Notes: generated by a model not told the origin, from the letters alone. A stretch of 64,000 bases of DNA from Candidatus Zhuqueibacterota bacterium (GCA_049322915.1 JBMOPW010000044.1:96001-160000); one strand, 5' to 3'. Positions 31,189 through 40,766 are shown, counted from the first letter of the stretch. Translations and numbers: made by a program.

Positions 31189-31275
31189 AGAGGAGATTAT
31201 TTTATTTACTCCTGGAGGGAGGAAAGAAAATAAAAAGGAAAATGAGAAAAATGGAATCGACGTAAATCAATTTTG

Positions 31276-31497
31276 CTAAGCTGCAACTTTATTGGCGTTT
31301 TCCAAATGCTCAATTCGCTCTTCCAGAATTTCCTGAATTTCGATCATCTCCATGGACATGAGAACTCGTCCCATCGATGTCCGCAATTCCCCATAGAGCA
31401 CATCGATGTTGTCAAGGTATGTTTTCAATCCGGCTAAATCGTTGGAGTTGAGCAATAGTTTTTTCCAATCGGAAAAATTTTTAATTCGCTTTTGCAT
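31276..31497 (-). CDS. Small helical hypothetical protein downstream of lexA
   Basis: 73 aa, strong RBS AAGGAGG, amphipathic/coiled-coil pattern. Confidence 0.7.
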   Translation of the reverse strand: MQKRIKNFSDWKKLLLNSNDLAGLKTYLDNIDVLYGELRTSMGRVLMSMEMIEIQEILEERIEHLENANKVAA

Positions 31498-31517
31498 GGC
31501 GGGTGCCTCCTTGAAAC

Positions 31518-31535
31518 GGGTAAGCTTGTACCCTG
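31518..31535 (-). promoter_or_regulatory. Putative LexA operator, site 2
   Basis: Minus strand CAGGGTACAAGCTTACCC (GGGTA-N6-TACCC) between the lexA stop and the RBS of the small ORF. Confidence 0.65.
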
Positions 31536-32171
31536 TTAATGAGTTCGATGTATAACAGCTTCGACCCGACCAAGAACTTTGAAATAGAGATCATTCTTGC
31601 TGATCATTATCGGCTGAAAAGCCGGATTCTCGGGTTGAAGTCGGATGAAATCACTTTCCAGAAAAAACCGTTTGACGGTTGCTTCTTCATCCAAAAGGGC
31701 AACAATGATTTCATTGTTTTCCGGGAAGTGTTTTTGTTTGACAAAGATCAAATCGTTATGATTGATGTGGGCGTCCTTCATGCTTTCTCCCGAAACGCGG
31801 AGAATGAAATCCGCATCGATCCCCAGGATGCGGGTGTTCACGGTGAAATAGCCTTCGATGTTCTGTTCGGCAAACAGAGGACTCCCGGCTGCGACGGTCC
31901 CCAGAATTGGGATTATTTTTTCTTCGCCATCGTGCAGAGAACGCTTCTGAACGACTTCGATGCAACGGGCGCCACCGCGCAGATTTCGTTTTATGTAACC
32001 TTTATTTTCAAGAACATTCAAAATTCGCTGGACATTATTCACAGACGCATATCCCATTATCGCCATGATCTCCCGAATCGACGGCGGAAAACCATGCTCA
32101 TCCATAAATTGGATGATGGAATTTAAAACACTGTTTTGTGTTTCAGTGATCGGTTGAGTCATAGTTTCCAT
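31536..32171 (-). CDS. lexA: LexA transcriptional repressor
   Basis: wHTH (GFPPSIREI), cleavage site VAAG, catalytic GESM and ATVKR. Confidence 0.95.
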   Translation of the reverse strand: METMTQPITETQNSVLNSIIQFMDEHGFPPSIREIMAIMGYASVNNVQRILNVLENKGYIKRNLRGGARCIEVVQKRSLHDGEEKIIPILGTVAAGSPLFAEQNIEGYFTVNTRILGIDADFILRVSGESMKDAHINHNDLIFVKQKHFPENNEIIVALLDEEATVKRFFLESDFIRLQPENPAFQPIMISKNDLYFKVLGRVEAVIHRTH

Positions 32172-32178
32172 GGGATAA

Positions 32179-32226
32179 AGGGTAAAAATGTACCCTGAAT
32201 ATACAAAAAAAAATTTTGCTTGTCAA
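32179..32226 (-). promoter_or_regulatory. lexA sigma70 promoter with overlapping palindromic operator (site 1)
   Basis: TTGACA-N17-TATATT (32226-32198), followed directly by CAGGGTACATTTTTACCCT (palindrome 32179-32196). Confidence 0.8.
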
Positions 32227-32279
32227 GCTTTTTAAACGAAAATTAAAAAATGCCGGAAAAAAATAATAAATTAACTGGC

Positions 32280-32798
32280 TTAAAATTGTCCCTGGAGTTG
32301 ATTCCTGAATCGTCCTTCATAGGTCGCTTCGCCGATGGTTTTCTGAAAAATGAACTGGCAAATGGCCGTACCCGGATGGATGCGCAGCGGCATGGGACTG
32401 AAATTGGTCATTTCCAGAACCTGCTGGTTGTGAATACCCGGGTGCATGAAGCTTGCGGAGATGTGAACCAGCAGTCCCAATCGCGCAAAACGACTGCGAC
32501 CTTCCAGCCATCCGCAGATATTGGGCGCCAGACGAATTGTCTCCAGGGTGATCCCCAAAATTGTCTCGCCCGGCATCAGCACCATGCCCTCTGGCGCTCG
32601 CCGCAACTCAGTCATTTCTTCGTAATTGATGGTGTCATTGACATCGATGATGTCATGGACTTTTTTGAAAATTCGAAATGTATCGCCCAGATGCAGATCA
32701 ATCGAGCCCGGTCCGATCATTGAAATGTCGAGCGGTGTAACGGAGATATTGCCAGCGTTTATTTCTTTGAGAATTTCGGAACGCGTTAAAATACTCAT
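32280..32798 (-). CDS. dcd: dCTP deaminase
   Basis: PGSIDLHLG, EGRSRFARLGL, HPG, LEMTN, ICQFIF. Confidence 0.92.
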   Translation of the reverse strand: MSILTRSEILKEINAGNISVTPLDISMIGPGSIDLHLGDTFRIFKKVHDIIDVNDTINYEEMTELRRAPEGMVLMPGETILGITLETIRLAPNICGWLEGRSRFARLGLLVHISASFMHPGIHNQQVLEMTNFSPMPLRIHPGTAICQFIFQKTIGEATYEGRFRNQLQGQF

Positions 32799-32950
32799 GG
32801 TTTGCCTGCCAGGTTAATTTTGGAATGAGGGTTAATTTGAAAATGGCTCAAAAGTAGTGAAAATAATTTTAATGTCCAAGAAAAAAATGAGGCAGCAGGA
32901 CGACATCGCGGATGAGTCGTCGCGGAGTGGCGCCGATTCGCCATCGCCGA

Positions 32951-33949
32951 TCAGATGAGAACGTCACTCTCCACTTTTTCAAGACCGGCGTCCAGCATGG
33001 CCATGACTTCCAGCGCATTGCTGCCGTCCTGAGGGTAACTGGCGAGGCGAATTTGGAACGGTGAAAGGGAGATGTGCCGCTCGATTTTATGCTGTATTTT
33101 CGAGCCGATGATCTTTGCCATTTTCAAATGCGTATGAGGCAGCAGGATGCAAACAGCGTGGTGCTGCAAATCGACGCTCACGATGTCTGCGGTTCGCAGG
33201 CAATGTTCCAGGCTGGAGAAAAGTATGGAATAAATTGAATCGAATCCCAGCGATGCCGTGAGCGAACCCATGCGCTGCGCATCGTCGATATGGAAGCGCA
33301 TCAGGGTCATCTGGGTTGATTTGGCTACTGTCTGCTGAATGGATGTTGTCACAATTTCAGAGAATTCATTCCACGCGCAGTGCGGGAGATTGCTCTCCAA
33401 CAGCGCTGTGGTGAGGCTCTGTTCGCTGTAGCTGATTAAAAAATCGGACATGGACGCCATCAGGCTGTCCGAGGAAATATATCGGTCGGATACCTGTTCA
33501 TCGAGGTTGAAGGGAATTATATCGTCGATGGAAAACTGCGCGGGCGGCTGCAATGATGGAGCCTGGCCGTAGGATGATTTCGCGGGCTGAATCAGACATC
33601 GTATTCGTTCTGTCAACTCATTCCGATGAAATGGCTTTTTCAGAAAATCAAGACAAGGATATTCTCTCGGGTCGATAGTCGTCGGGATGTGGAACGCGAG
33701 CACGATGATCGGCACAGCGCCAAACATGGGAATGCTGCACATCAGGTGTAGCGCTGACAGTCGCTCATTGGCCAGCTCTGTCAGGTCAATTAAAGCAAGC
33801 CGGGAATGGCGCTGCTGAATTTTCAGCCGAAGCGCATCGAGGGAGGAGCAGGTCTCGACGGTTAATTTTTCATCTTCGCAAATCGATTTTAAAATCGGGG
33901 CGCCGGCAGTTTCGGAAAAAATCAGAATGGTGGAGTCGGTATTGTTCAT
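32951..33949 (-). CDS. Degenerate REC + degenerate GGDEF-like domain protein
   Basis: REC-like fold ending FLKKPF without the DD pair; LRTADIV..ILLPHT..ASYPQDG, with no GGDEF motif. Confidence 0.6.
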   Translation of the reverse strand: MNNTDSTILIFSETAGAPILKSICEDEKLTVETCSSLDALRLKIQQRHSRLALIDLTELANERLSALHLMCSIPMFGAVPIIVLAFHIPTTIDPREYPCLDFLKKPFHRNELTERIRCLIQPAKSSYGQAPSLQPPAQFSIDDIIPFNLDEQVSDRYISSDSLMASMSDFLISYSEQSLTTALLESNLPHCAWNEFSEIVTTSIQQTVAKSTQMTLMRFHIDDAQRMGSLTASLGFDSIYSILFSSLEHCLRTADIVSVDLQHHAVCILLPHTHLKMAKIIGSKIQHKIERHISLSPFQIRLASYPQDGSNALEVMAMLDAGLEKVESDVLI

Positions 33950-34012
33950 GGTCTTTCGTTCGGGAATTGGGTGAGTTACGGATGCCCAAAGACTTGCTCA
34001 TCGTAAGCATCC

Positions 34013-34027
34013 GCAATTCTTGTACCA
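34013..34027 (-). promoter_or_regulatory. sigma54 (-24/-12) promoter
   Basis: Minus strand TGGTAC-AAGAA-TTGC (GG-N10-GC), about 64 nt upstream of 33949. Confidence 0.65.
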
Positions 34028-34286
34028 GTAGTAATGAGCTGCATTACCACTTAAAAAGCAAGGAATTAAAAGAATGCGATGGAGCTTTTCAATTAAAAGT
34101 TAATGAGTTATAAGAATAATCAAATTGAGAATTGAAATATTTGTTACATTTTAAAACAAGCGTTCATTGCCATGGAACAGCGTGGTTCAATCGGTCGCAT
34201 GAAAATTAAGAAAGGCGGTACTCGCTCTCGTTGAATTGCCAGGGGGCATGGAATCGATCACGGAGCGAATTGCTGGCCGTGGCAGC

Positions 34287-34689
34287 GGACAGGGATTTTT
34301 TAGATTGAATTTATTTGAAGTTGCATCGTATGAAATAGAACGCGGATAACACAGATGACACGGATTTTCGCTGATTTTTTGCCTTGATCTGTAATGGAAA
34401 TTCAAATAAATTTTGGCGGTTAAAAATGGATAAGCTATTGTAATGAGATTGAAAACCGAGTAATTCACATCTCATATAGCAACCGATTTTTAAATCATTT
34501 AAAATTGAAAGCTTAAAAACCGGGTTTAAAACTAAACTGCCAAATCTTCTTTTACCTTTTGGGGTTAGCTTATATTAAATAAGTTTGTTCATAACTTAAC
34601 TCATTGTTAATCAGCGTTATCCCCGCTTAGCGGGATCGTCCGCGTTCTATGAAATGGTCAAATAAACAACGCTTGAAAAATCCCTGTCC
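34287..34689. repeat. About 400-bp element bounded by long imperfect inverted repeats
   Basis: Both ends read GGACAGGGATTTTT..TTTATTTGA..ATAGAACGCGGA..CGCTGATT inward. Confidence 0.7.
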
Positions 34690-34806
34690 AATAAGGGGCG
34701 GAAGCCCAACAATCAAAGGTGAATTTCTGTTCCCCGACTTAAAAGTCGGGGCTATTCAAGATGTCTAACTTTTAACTTTTTCAAGGAATTGCCACGTTAT
34801 TTATGA
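34690..34806. repeat. REP-like palindromic repeat, copy B (inverted relative to copy A)
   Basis: Reverse complement aligns with 27935-28052. Confidence 0.8.
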
Positions 34807-35480
34807 TGTGGATCAAAGTCGTTTAAGGCTTTTTAGAGTCGACCCGGGAATGAAAATGAAATTGACATCTTCTTGTAACTTCGTGGCTTGGTGACCTTGA
34901 GGCAAGAATACACGCCTGAATAGTGACAAAATACTTGATTTATTTTTTTGTTTTAACTATATTAAAAAGCCTGATAGCAACAACAGGTTTCTTGCCCGGT
35001 GCACAACGCAAAAGATGCACGATCCGGCGTAACCCTGAAGGAGCAGCCGATGTTGAACCCCCAAATTTTCTGGAATATTGTCGCTCTCTTTTTCGCACTA
35101 CATGCCATGCCACTCGCCGCATCTCCAACCTTGATGTTTCCCGAAAGCGCTGATATAAATACTGTTTTTAAACAGGAATCGTCTCATGAGTCTGCCATAA
35201 ATCCCTGTGGAAGCCGGGTCGTCCCGGCGATTTACCGACTGGACTTTGGGCGCGAAAGGGAGCGTTCGCGCCGGGGCCGGACTGCTCCATTCGCGTCATT
35301 CAGGGTGAATGAGATGCGCGGTGAAATTGTTTCGTCGCTTCCTCAATGGGTCTCTGGCCGAAGCGCTATCGCATTGTTTTCAGACAGCGGCACGGAAAAA
35401 GGCGCGTGCAAATGACCGCTCGAAAATCCGGGGATGAGCGACATTGTCGCATTCAGTTCGAAGATAGCTAATGAACATAG

Positions 35481-35641
35481 CCTGCATTGTTCATAGTATT
35501 TTTAAAGGAGGCTGGCTAACCTGAATGGTGCTCTTTTTAGAATAAACGTATAAAAACTGAGTTACAAAATAGCTTAGTTTTTAGCTAATTGAAAATCTGA
35601 ATGTTGACTCAAATTCTGAGCAAGTTCATGAATAATTCAGG
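35481..35641. mobile_element. 161-bp MITE, copy 2, with 4-bp target-site duplication ATAG
   Basis: ATAG|CCTGCATTGTTCAT...ATGAATAATTCAGG|ATAG. Confidence 0.9.
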
Positions 35642-35691
35642 ATAGATGAATAAATTCACTCAATTTACTCGTGCAAAATGGAGGATAGAGC

Positions 35692-36777
35692 ATGGCCGGT
35701 TTCGAAGGAATCAAGTGGGCATCTTCTCAAATGCGTTATGTGCTGAAGGATAAGTCTTTTACATTGATGGGTTCGAATGGTAAAGTGTTTGCAGTGTCTC
35801 GATCCATTCATTACGGTTTATTTCTGGCATTCGAAGGGATTCGCTTTTTCTGCAAGAGAACGAATAACGGCTCGTTGGTGGTGAATTTTTTAAATCTGGA
35901 GCAAAACCTGGATCGGTTCCAACGGGGAATTGCATTTAACCTGAGTACAGCCCAGCAGCCCATGGTGCCGACTGTGGAAGAAATGTTGACTATCTTTTTG
36001 AAATTCTTTCGGGACCCCGGCATGAGGAGCTTTTTCCAGGAGATGGCCGATCTGGGCGCCCAGGGCTACCTGCGTCCATTCACCATCGATGAAGAACAAT
36101 CCATTGGCGTCACTTTCCCCGGTAATCCGGCGATCCGCGCTGTCGTGTGTCGCTACGACCGCTATCTGGGCGAGCCATTTTCCGGCGTGGTGATTCCCAA
36201 TATGGTCAGGGCGGTGGATATCAACGGGACTGGCTGTCTGAAGCTGGGCATCAATTATTTAATGAGCGTGCGCGCTGTCGACGCCGCGAAAAAAATCCTT
36301 CCCGGCGCTGGCTCGGCTCTGTTCCTGGACGACCAGCCCCATGCGCCGCTGGAATCCCGGAAGGTGACCGAATGGGATTCCTCCTGTTGCCTCTTCGCCC
36401 TCAGCGATGGCACGGTGGTGAAGATTCCTGAAAGCAATCTCATCCTGCCATCGGTGACGATTCAGGGCATTTGCACGATTCTTACACAAATGGGAGTGAC
36501 CGTTGTTGAGCGCGACATGACCTATGGCGAATTGATCGAACGTTCGAAGCGAAAGGAGGTCGTCGCCAGTTGCAGTGTTGGCACAGCGGGGATTCTCAAT
36601 CGCGCCAACAAAGTCCTGCTCATCGATGGCGCTGGAAACACGCTGGCCATTCAGGAAGCGAATCCTTCGCACGAATTGTACGAAAAATTGGGGGAAGCGA
36701 GGACCTACTACTGGCACATTTATCAGGAAAAAGTGCCGGCGCCGAAAGGCTTGAAATTTGATAAATATGAAATTTGA
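35692..36777 (+). CDS. Class IV PLP aminotransferase (branched-chain amino acid aminotransferase-like)
   Basis: IHYG..FEG, YLRPF, LK-x-G-x-NY with the PLP lysine, ILPSVT, GTAG. Confidence 0.8.
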   Translation: MAGFEGIKWASSQMRYVLKDKSFTLMGSNGKVFAVSRSIHYGLFLAFEGIRFFCKRTNNGSLVVNFLNLEQNLDRFQRGIAFNLSTAQQPMVPTVEEMLTIFLKFFRDPGMRSFFQEMADLGAQGYLRPFTIDEEQSIGVTFPGNPAIRAVVCRYDRYLGEPFSGVVIPNMVRAVDINGTGCLKLGINYLMSVRAVDAAKKILPGAGSALFLDDQPHAPLESRKVTEWDSSCCLFALSDGTVVKIPESNLILPSVTIQGICTILTQMGVTVVERDMTYGELIERSKRKEVVASCSVGTAGILNRANKVLLIDGAGNTLAIQEANPSHELYEKLGEARTYYWHIYQEKVPAPKGLKFDKYEI

Positions 36778-37028
36778 AGCGACAGCTATTTTGAACGTGC
36801 GATATTGGGTGCATAAAATTTCATGGCGCAGCCCGGGATGAGCATGACTGACCTGGTTTCATTGAATTGAATATCACTGAACCGAAGGTCGGAGTGCTGC
36901 GACCGGGTACCGACTGTTCCCCTGTTTGGCTGATTAATTTTTGTCAAAACAAGGGCGCTGTTGGTATAGATATTCTTCATTAAAGGTTAAAAATTGGTCT
37001 TGCATGAAACAAATTCAGGAGGAGTTGC

Positions 37029-37367
37029 ATGAACAAACGCGCTGCCATTTTGACGCTGTTGAATATCACAGCGATGGCCGACGGTCAGATTACTGAGGAT
37101 GAAACAAAAATGATCACTGAAGTGCTGCAAAAGGAACTGGACTGTTCCGAGGATGAAATCGCGCGGGGACTGGAGGAGAATACCCAGATGCTGAAGAAGA
37201 ATTCAGCCCAGATGATCAAAGAAGCTGTGCTGATTTTACGGAATGAATGTAGCGTCAACGAAATGAAGGAGTTGATCAAATTGATCAAAAGGCTGACCAC
37301 TGTGGATAAAGACCTGGATCGTCGAGAAATTTTAATGGTGGAATTATTGACCCAATTGACAACATAA
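37029..37367 (+). CDS. TerB-like protein
   Basis: AMADGQITEDE and VDKDLDRRE duplicated motifs. Confidence 0.75.
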   Translation: MNKRAAILTLLNITAMADGQITEDETKMITEVLQKELDCSEDEIARGLEENTQMLKKNSAQMIKEAVLILRNECSVNEMKELIKLIKRLTTVDKDLDRREILMVELLTQLTT

Positions 37368-37382
37368 GGATCGAGCGCATCG

Positions 37383-38468
37383 ATGAGCAACAGTTTTGGC
37401 CATATTTTTCGAATTACAACATGGGGAGAATCCCATGGGAACAGCATCGGCGTTGTAATTGATGGATGTCCCCCCGGCATTGAGATTTCACTGGATTTCA
37501 TCCAGCAAGAGCTGAACCGGCGCCGACCCGGCCAGAGCGACATTGCGACGCCCCGGAAAGAGAGCGATACAGTGTATCTGCGTTCCGGCGTTGTCGGCAA
37601 TATCTCGACCGGCATGCCCATCACCCTGGAGATTTTCAACGAAGATGCGGACAGCTCTCAGTATGAGTCGTTTCGGCATACGTTCCGACCCGGTCACGCA
37701 GATTTCACATTCGAACAGAAATACGGCATTCGGGACTACCGCGGTTCAGGGCGGTCTTCCGGCAGGGAAACAGCGGCTCGCGTCGCGGCCGGCGCAGTGG
37801 CCAAAATGGTATTGCACCGATTGAATGTGGATATTTACGCATTCACCAGGGCGATTGGCGCCATTGAGGCTGAGGCGGTGGATCGGGATGAAATTGAGCG
37901 GAATATTGTGCGTTCGCCGGATAAAGCAGCCGCGGTGCGCATGATCGAGTTCATCAAAAAAATGAAAGATCAGAAGGATTCCATCGGTGGGATTGTGGAA
38001 TTGCGCGTCAACGGGCTGCCGGCCGGATTGGGTGACCCGGTGTTTAACAAATTCGATGCCGCCATGGCCTCGGCCATTTTCGGTCTTGGCGCTGTGAAAG
38101 GCGTGGAGATAGGCGATGGGTTTGCCGTTGCCCGCGCCACCGGTTCTGAGAACAATGACATTTTCGTCAACAAGGGCGAGCGGATCGGGACAGTGACCAA
38201 CCATTGCGGCGGAGTGCTGGGAGGCATTACCACCGGTGAGGAGTTCGTGCTGCGCGCTGCCGTGAAACCGCCCGCATCGATTGGCAAAAAGCAGAATTCT
38301 GTGGATAAACAGGGCGTGGCCACCACCATCGAAATCAATGGCCGGCATGACCCAACCATTATCCCGCGCATCGTCCCGGTGGTGGAGAGCATGGCGGCGA
38401 TTGTGTGTCTCGATTTCATTCTGCGGCAGGAATCCATTCGCGCGTTCATTCCTGATGCGCCTAAATAA
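37383..38468 (+). CDS. aroC: Chorismate synthase
   Basis: GESHG, RPGHAD, RSSGRETAARVAAG, GRHDP. Confidence 0.97.
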   Translation: MSNSFGHIFRITTWGESHGNSIGVVIDGCPPGIEISLDFIQQELNRRRPGQSDIATPRKESDTVYLRSGVVGNISTGMPITLEIFNEDADSSQYESFRHTFRPGHADFTFEQKYGIRDYRGSGRSSGRETAARVAAGAVAKMVLHRLNVDIYAFTRAIGAIEAEAVDRDEIERNIVRSPDKAAAVRMIEFIKKMKDQKDSIGGIVELRVNGLPAGLGDPVFNKFDAAMASAIFGLGAVKGVEIGDGFAVARATGSENNDIFVNKGERIGTVTNHCGGVLGGITTGEEFVLRAAVKPPASIGKKQNSVDKQGVATTIEINGRHDPTIIPRIVPVVESMAAIVCLDFILRQESIRAFIPDAPK

Positions 38469-38548
38469 TCGCTGCGGCGCTGAATTTTTATTCAGCCGTC
38501 TGCGCCCTCAGCCTCACCCGGCTCTTTGATCCTGAAAAAACATACAAT

Positions 38549-38587
38549 AGCCCTGATTGATTTCAACTCTGTCAGGGCTTTTTTTTT
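38549..38587 (+). terminator. Rho-independent terminator
   Basis: AGCCCTGA / TCAGGGCT followed by a T run. Confidence 0.8.
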
Positions 38588-38658
38588 ACCTGCACATATT
38601 CATCCGGCAGTGAATGACAATTCCCATTGCGCCACTTCAAATTTATCCTTCAAGCCAT

Positions 38659-38685
38659 TAATTTTTTAATGTTTCCTTCCGATGA
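38659..38685 (+). promoter_or_regulatory. Possible sigma28-type promoter for the chemosensory operon
   Basis: TAAT-N15-TCCGATGA versus consensus TAAA-N15-GCCGATAA. Confidence 0.35.
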
Positions 38686-38772
38686 AATAGATGGGTAAAA
38701 TAGCCCCGGATTTTGAACGGTGTAAAAAGCTATCAACTTATTGGTGAGCAGAGTTTCTGCCAGGTCATTTTT

Positions 38773-39237
38773 ATGCATGCGAATGAAGTTGACAAAACAG
38801 TGGAACTGACGATAATAATATTTAAAGTGGGCGAAAAGTTGTTCGGACTGAGCAGCACCGATGTGGTCGAAGTGCTGCCCATCCTCGAATTATTCGATGC
38901 CGGTGAACCTACCGAGGCCTATGACGCGGTGTTCAATCTGCGCGGAGAGATCATTCCTGCGCTGAACCTGAAGCGGCGATTCGGCGCGGACGACGGTCAT
39001 TTCGAAATCTGGAATAACATTCTGGTGGTCGAAAATGCCGGCGTGAAATACGGGCTGATCGTTGAGAAAGTGCTGGATGTGGTTACCTTCGATCCGGCAA
39101 TCAAACGAGCAGAACTGCACTGGACTCGGCTGAACAGAAATGAGGTGTTCAATTGGGGGCATTCGGTCGTTGCCATGCTCAACCTGAAAGACGTTTTGAA
39201 AAAGGCGAAACTCGCGCAATCTACGGAGGCAGTGTGA
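38773..39237 (+). CDS. cheW: CheW scaffold protein
   Basis: FGL..VVEV, FNLRGEIIPALNL, GLIVEKV. Confidence 0.85.
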   Translation: MHANEVDKTVELTIIIFKVGEKLFGLSSTDVVEVLPILELFDAGEPTEAYDAVFNLRGEIIPALNLKRRFGADDGHFEIWNNILVVENAGVKYGLIVEKVLDVVTFDPAIKRAELHWTRLNRNEVFNWGHSVVAMLNLKDVLKKAKLAQSTEAV

Positions 39238-40754
39238 TTCGAACTTCAGAGTCATTGTTTTTTCGTTTGAAAGAATTAATCGCCGGTAAAATAGGTTTGA
39301 ATATCAACGAGCGCAAACTGGACGAACTGGAAAAGGCGTTGCTCAAAGGATTCTCGAACTCTCAGTATTCCAGTTTGCAGGAATACATGTCCTGGCTGAC
39401 GCGGATCCCGATTTCGAGCCCGGATTGGCGCAGCCTGATAGAAATTCTGACGGTGAACGAAACCTATTTTTTTCGAAATGCACCCCAGCTTGAGTCGCTG
39501 CGGTCGGTGATTTTCCCGGCGATCATTGATGCGAAGCGCCAACGAAACCGGCGGGAGCTTCGTGTCTGGAGCGCTGGTTGCGCTACCGGTGAAGAGCCCT
39601 ACTCCATCGCTATAATGCTGAGCGAGATTCTGCCTGATTTTAGAAAATGGAACATCTTCATCCTGGGGACTGACATCAATCATTCATCCCTGGAAAAGGC
39701 AAAGGCCGGATTCTATCGCGAGTGGTCTTTCAGGGACGTGCCGCAACGGATTAAGAGCGAATATTTCACGCCGCAGGATGGGGGATTGGTCATTCGGCCG
39801 GATATTCAGCAGATGGTGACTTACAATTATCTGAATCTGGTCGAGAATTGTTACCCTTCATTCTACAATCAAACGACAGATATGGACATCATCATCTGTC
39901 GCAATGTGATGATCTATTTTTCGAATCCTACCTCCGAGCGGGTGATCGAGCGGTTTTACCAGACGCTGGATACGAACGGCTGGCTGCTGGTGGGCCATTC
40001 TGAACCCATGACCATGCTTCCCCATAATTTCGCCACCGTCAATATTCAGGACGCCCTGTTTTATCGCAAACCTGATCCCCTATCCGCGAAAGAGAAATCA
40101 GCCCATTCCGTGGTTGCGCCCTGGAAAAGCGGTGAGTCAGCGATGCGCTCTCCGAAATCACGACAAGGGAATTCCCACGCGGAAAAGAAAATCCGAACGG
40201 TAGGGAGATTGAATGCATCCCCATCGAATCCATCGCGCCAGCAACAGCACGCCGAGGACGTGTCCGAAGTGAACAAGCTGGTGGCTGCCGGAAAGTGGCA
40301 GGAGGCGATACAGACATTGACGCTCAAAATTCAGGCGCGCCCGGAAAAGGTGGACTATTACCTGGACATTGCCAAAATTTATGCGAATCAGAAAATGCCG
40401 GACCAGGCGCTGCGTTGGTGCGAGAATGCGCTGGAAAAGGACAGGAGTTATCTTCCTACCTATTTCATCACCTCGCTCGTGTACCAGGAACTCAATCGGT
40501 TCGCCGATGCAGAGCGGTTGCTGAAACAGGCGCTGTACGTGAACCAGGATTTCCTGTTCGGCCATTTTCATCTGGCCATGTTGTATCAAAAGACCGGCGA
40601 TTTGAATAAAGCAAAAAAAATATTTTCGACTATCCAGCGCCAGCTTGCAGAATTGTCCGGGACGGATAAATTGATTTGCAGCGATGGATTGACAGTCGAA
40701 CAAATGTCGAAGCTTGTTTCGACCTATACTGGAAAATTGGATCAATCGGGATAG
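39234..40754 (+). CDS. cheR: CheR methyltransferase with C-terminal TPR (WspC-like)
   Basis: TVNETYFFRN, WSAGCATGEEPYS, GTDIN, CRNVMIYF, GHSE; TPR helices; GTG start overlaps the cheW stop. Confidence 0.92.
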   Translation: MIRTSESLFFRLKELIAGKIGLNINERKLDELEKALLKGFSNSQYSSLQEYMSWLTRIPISSPDWRSLIEILTVNETYFFRNAPQLESLRSVIFPAIIDAKRQRNRRELRVWSAGCATGEEPYSIAIMLSEILPDFRKWNIFILGTDINHSSLEKAKAGFYREWSFRDVPQRIKSEYFTPQDGGLVIRPDIQQMVTYNYLNLVENCYPSFYNQTTDMDIIICRNVMIYFSNPTSERVIERFYQTLDTNGWLLVGHSEPMTMLPHNFATVNIQDALFYRKPDPLSAKEKSAHSVVAPWKSGESAMRSPKSRQGNSHAEKKIRTVGRLNASPSNPSRQQQHAEDVSEVNKLVAAGKWQEAIQTLTLKIQARPEKVDYYLDIAKIYANQKMPDQALRWCENALEKDRSYLPTYFITSLVYQELNRFADAERLLKQALYVNQDFLFGHFHLAMLYQKTGDLNKAKKIFSTIQRQLAELSGTDKLICSDGLTVEQMSKLVSTYTGKLDQSG

Positions 40755-40766
40755 TTGTGAACGGTC

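Noticed and set aside
34187..34468. 93-aa minus-strand ORF
   Set aside because: Translation of repeat units (ENPCHLCYPRS), not a credible gene
34999..35415. 138-aa ORF and overlapping small ORFs at 34923-35153
   Set aside because: No RBS or motif; lies in a repeat- and hairpin-rich intergenic region
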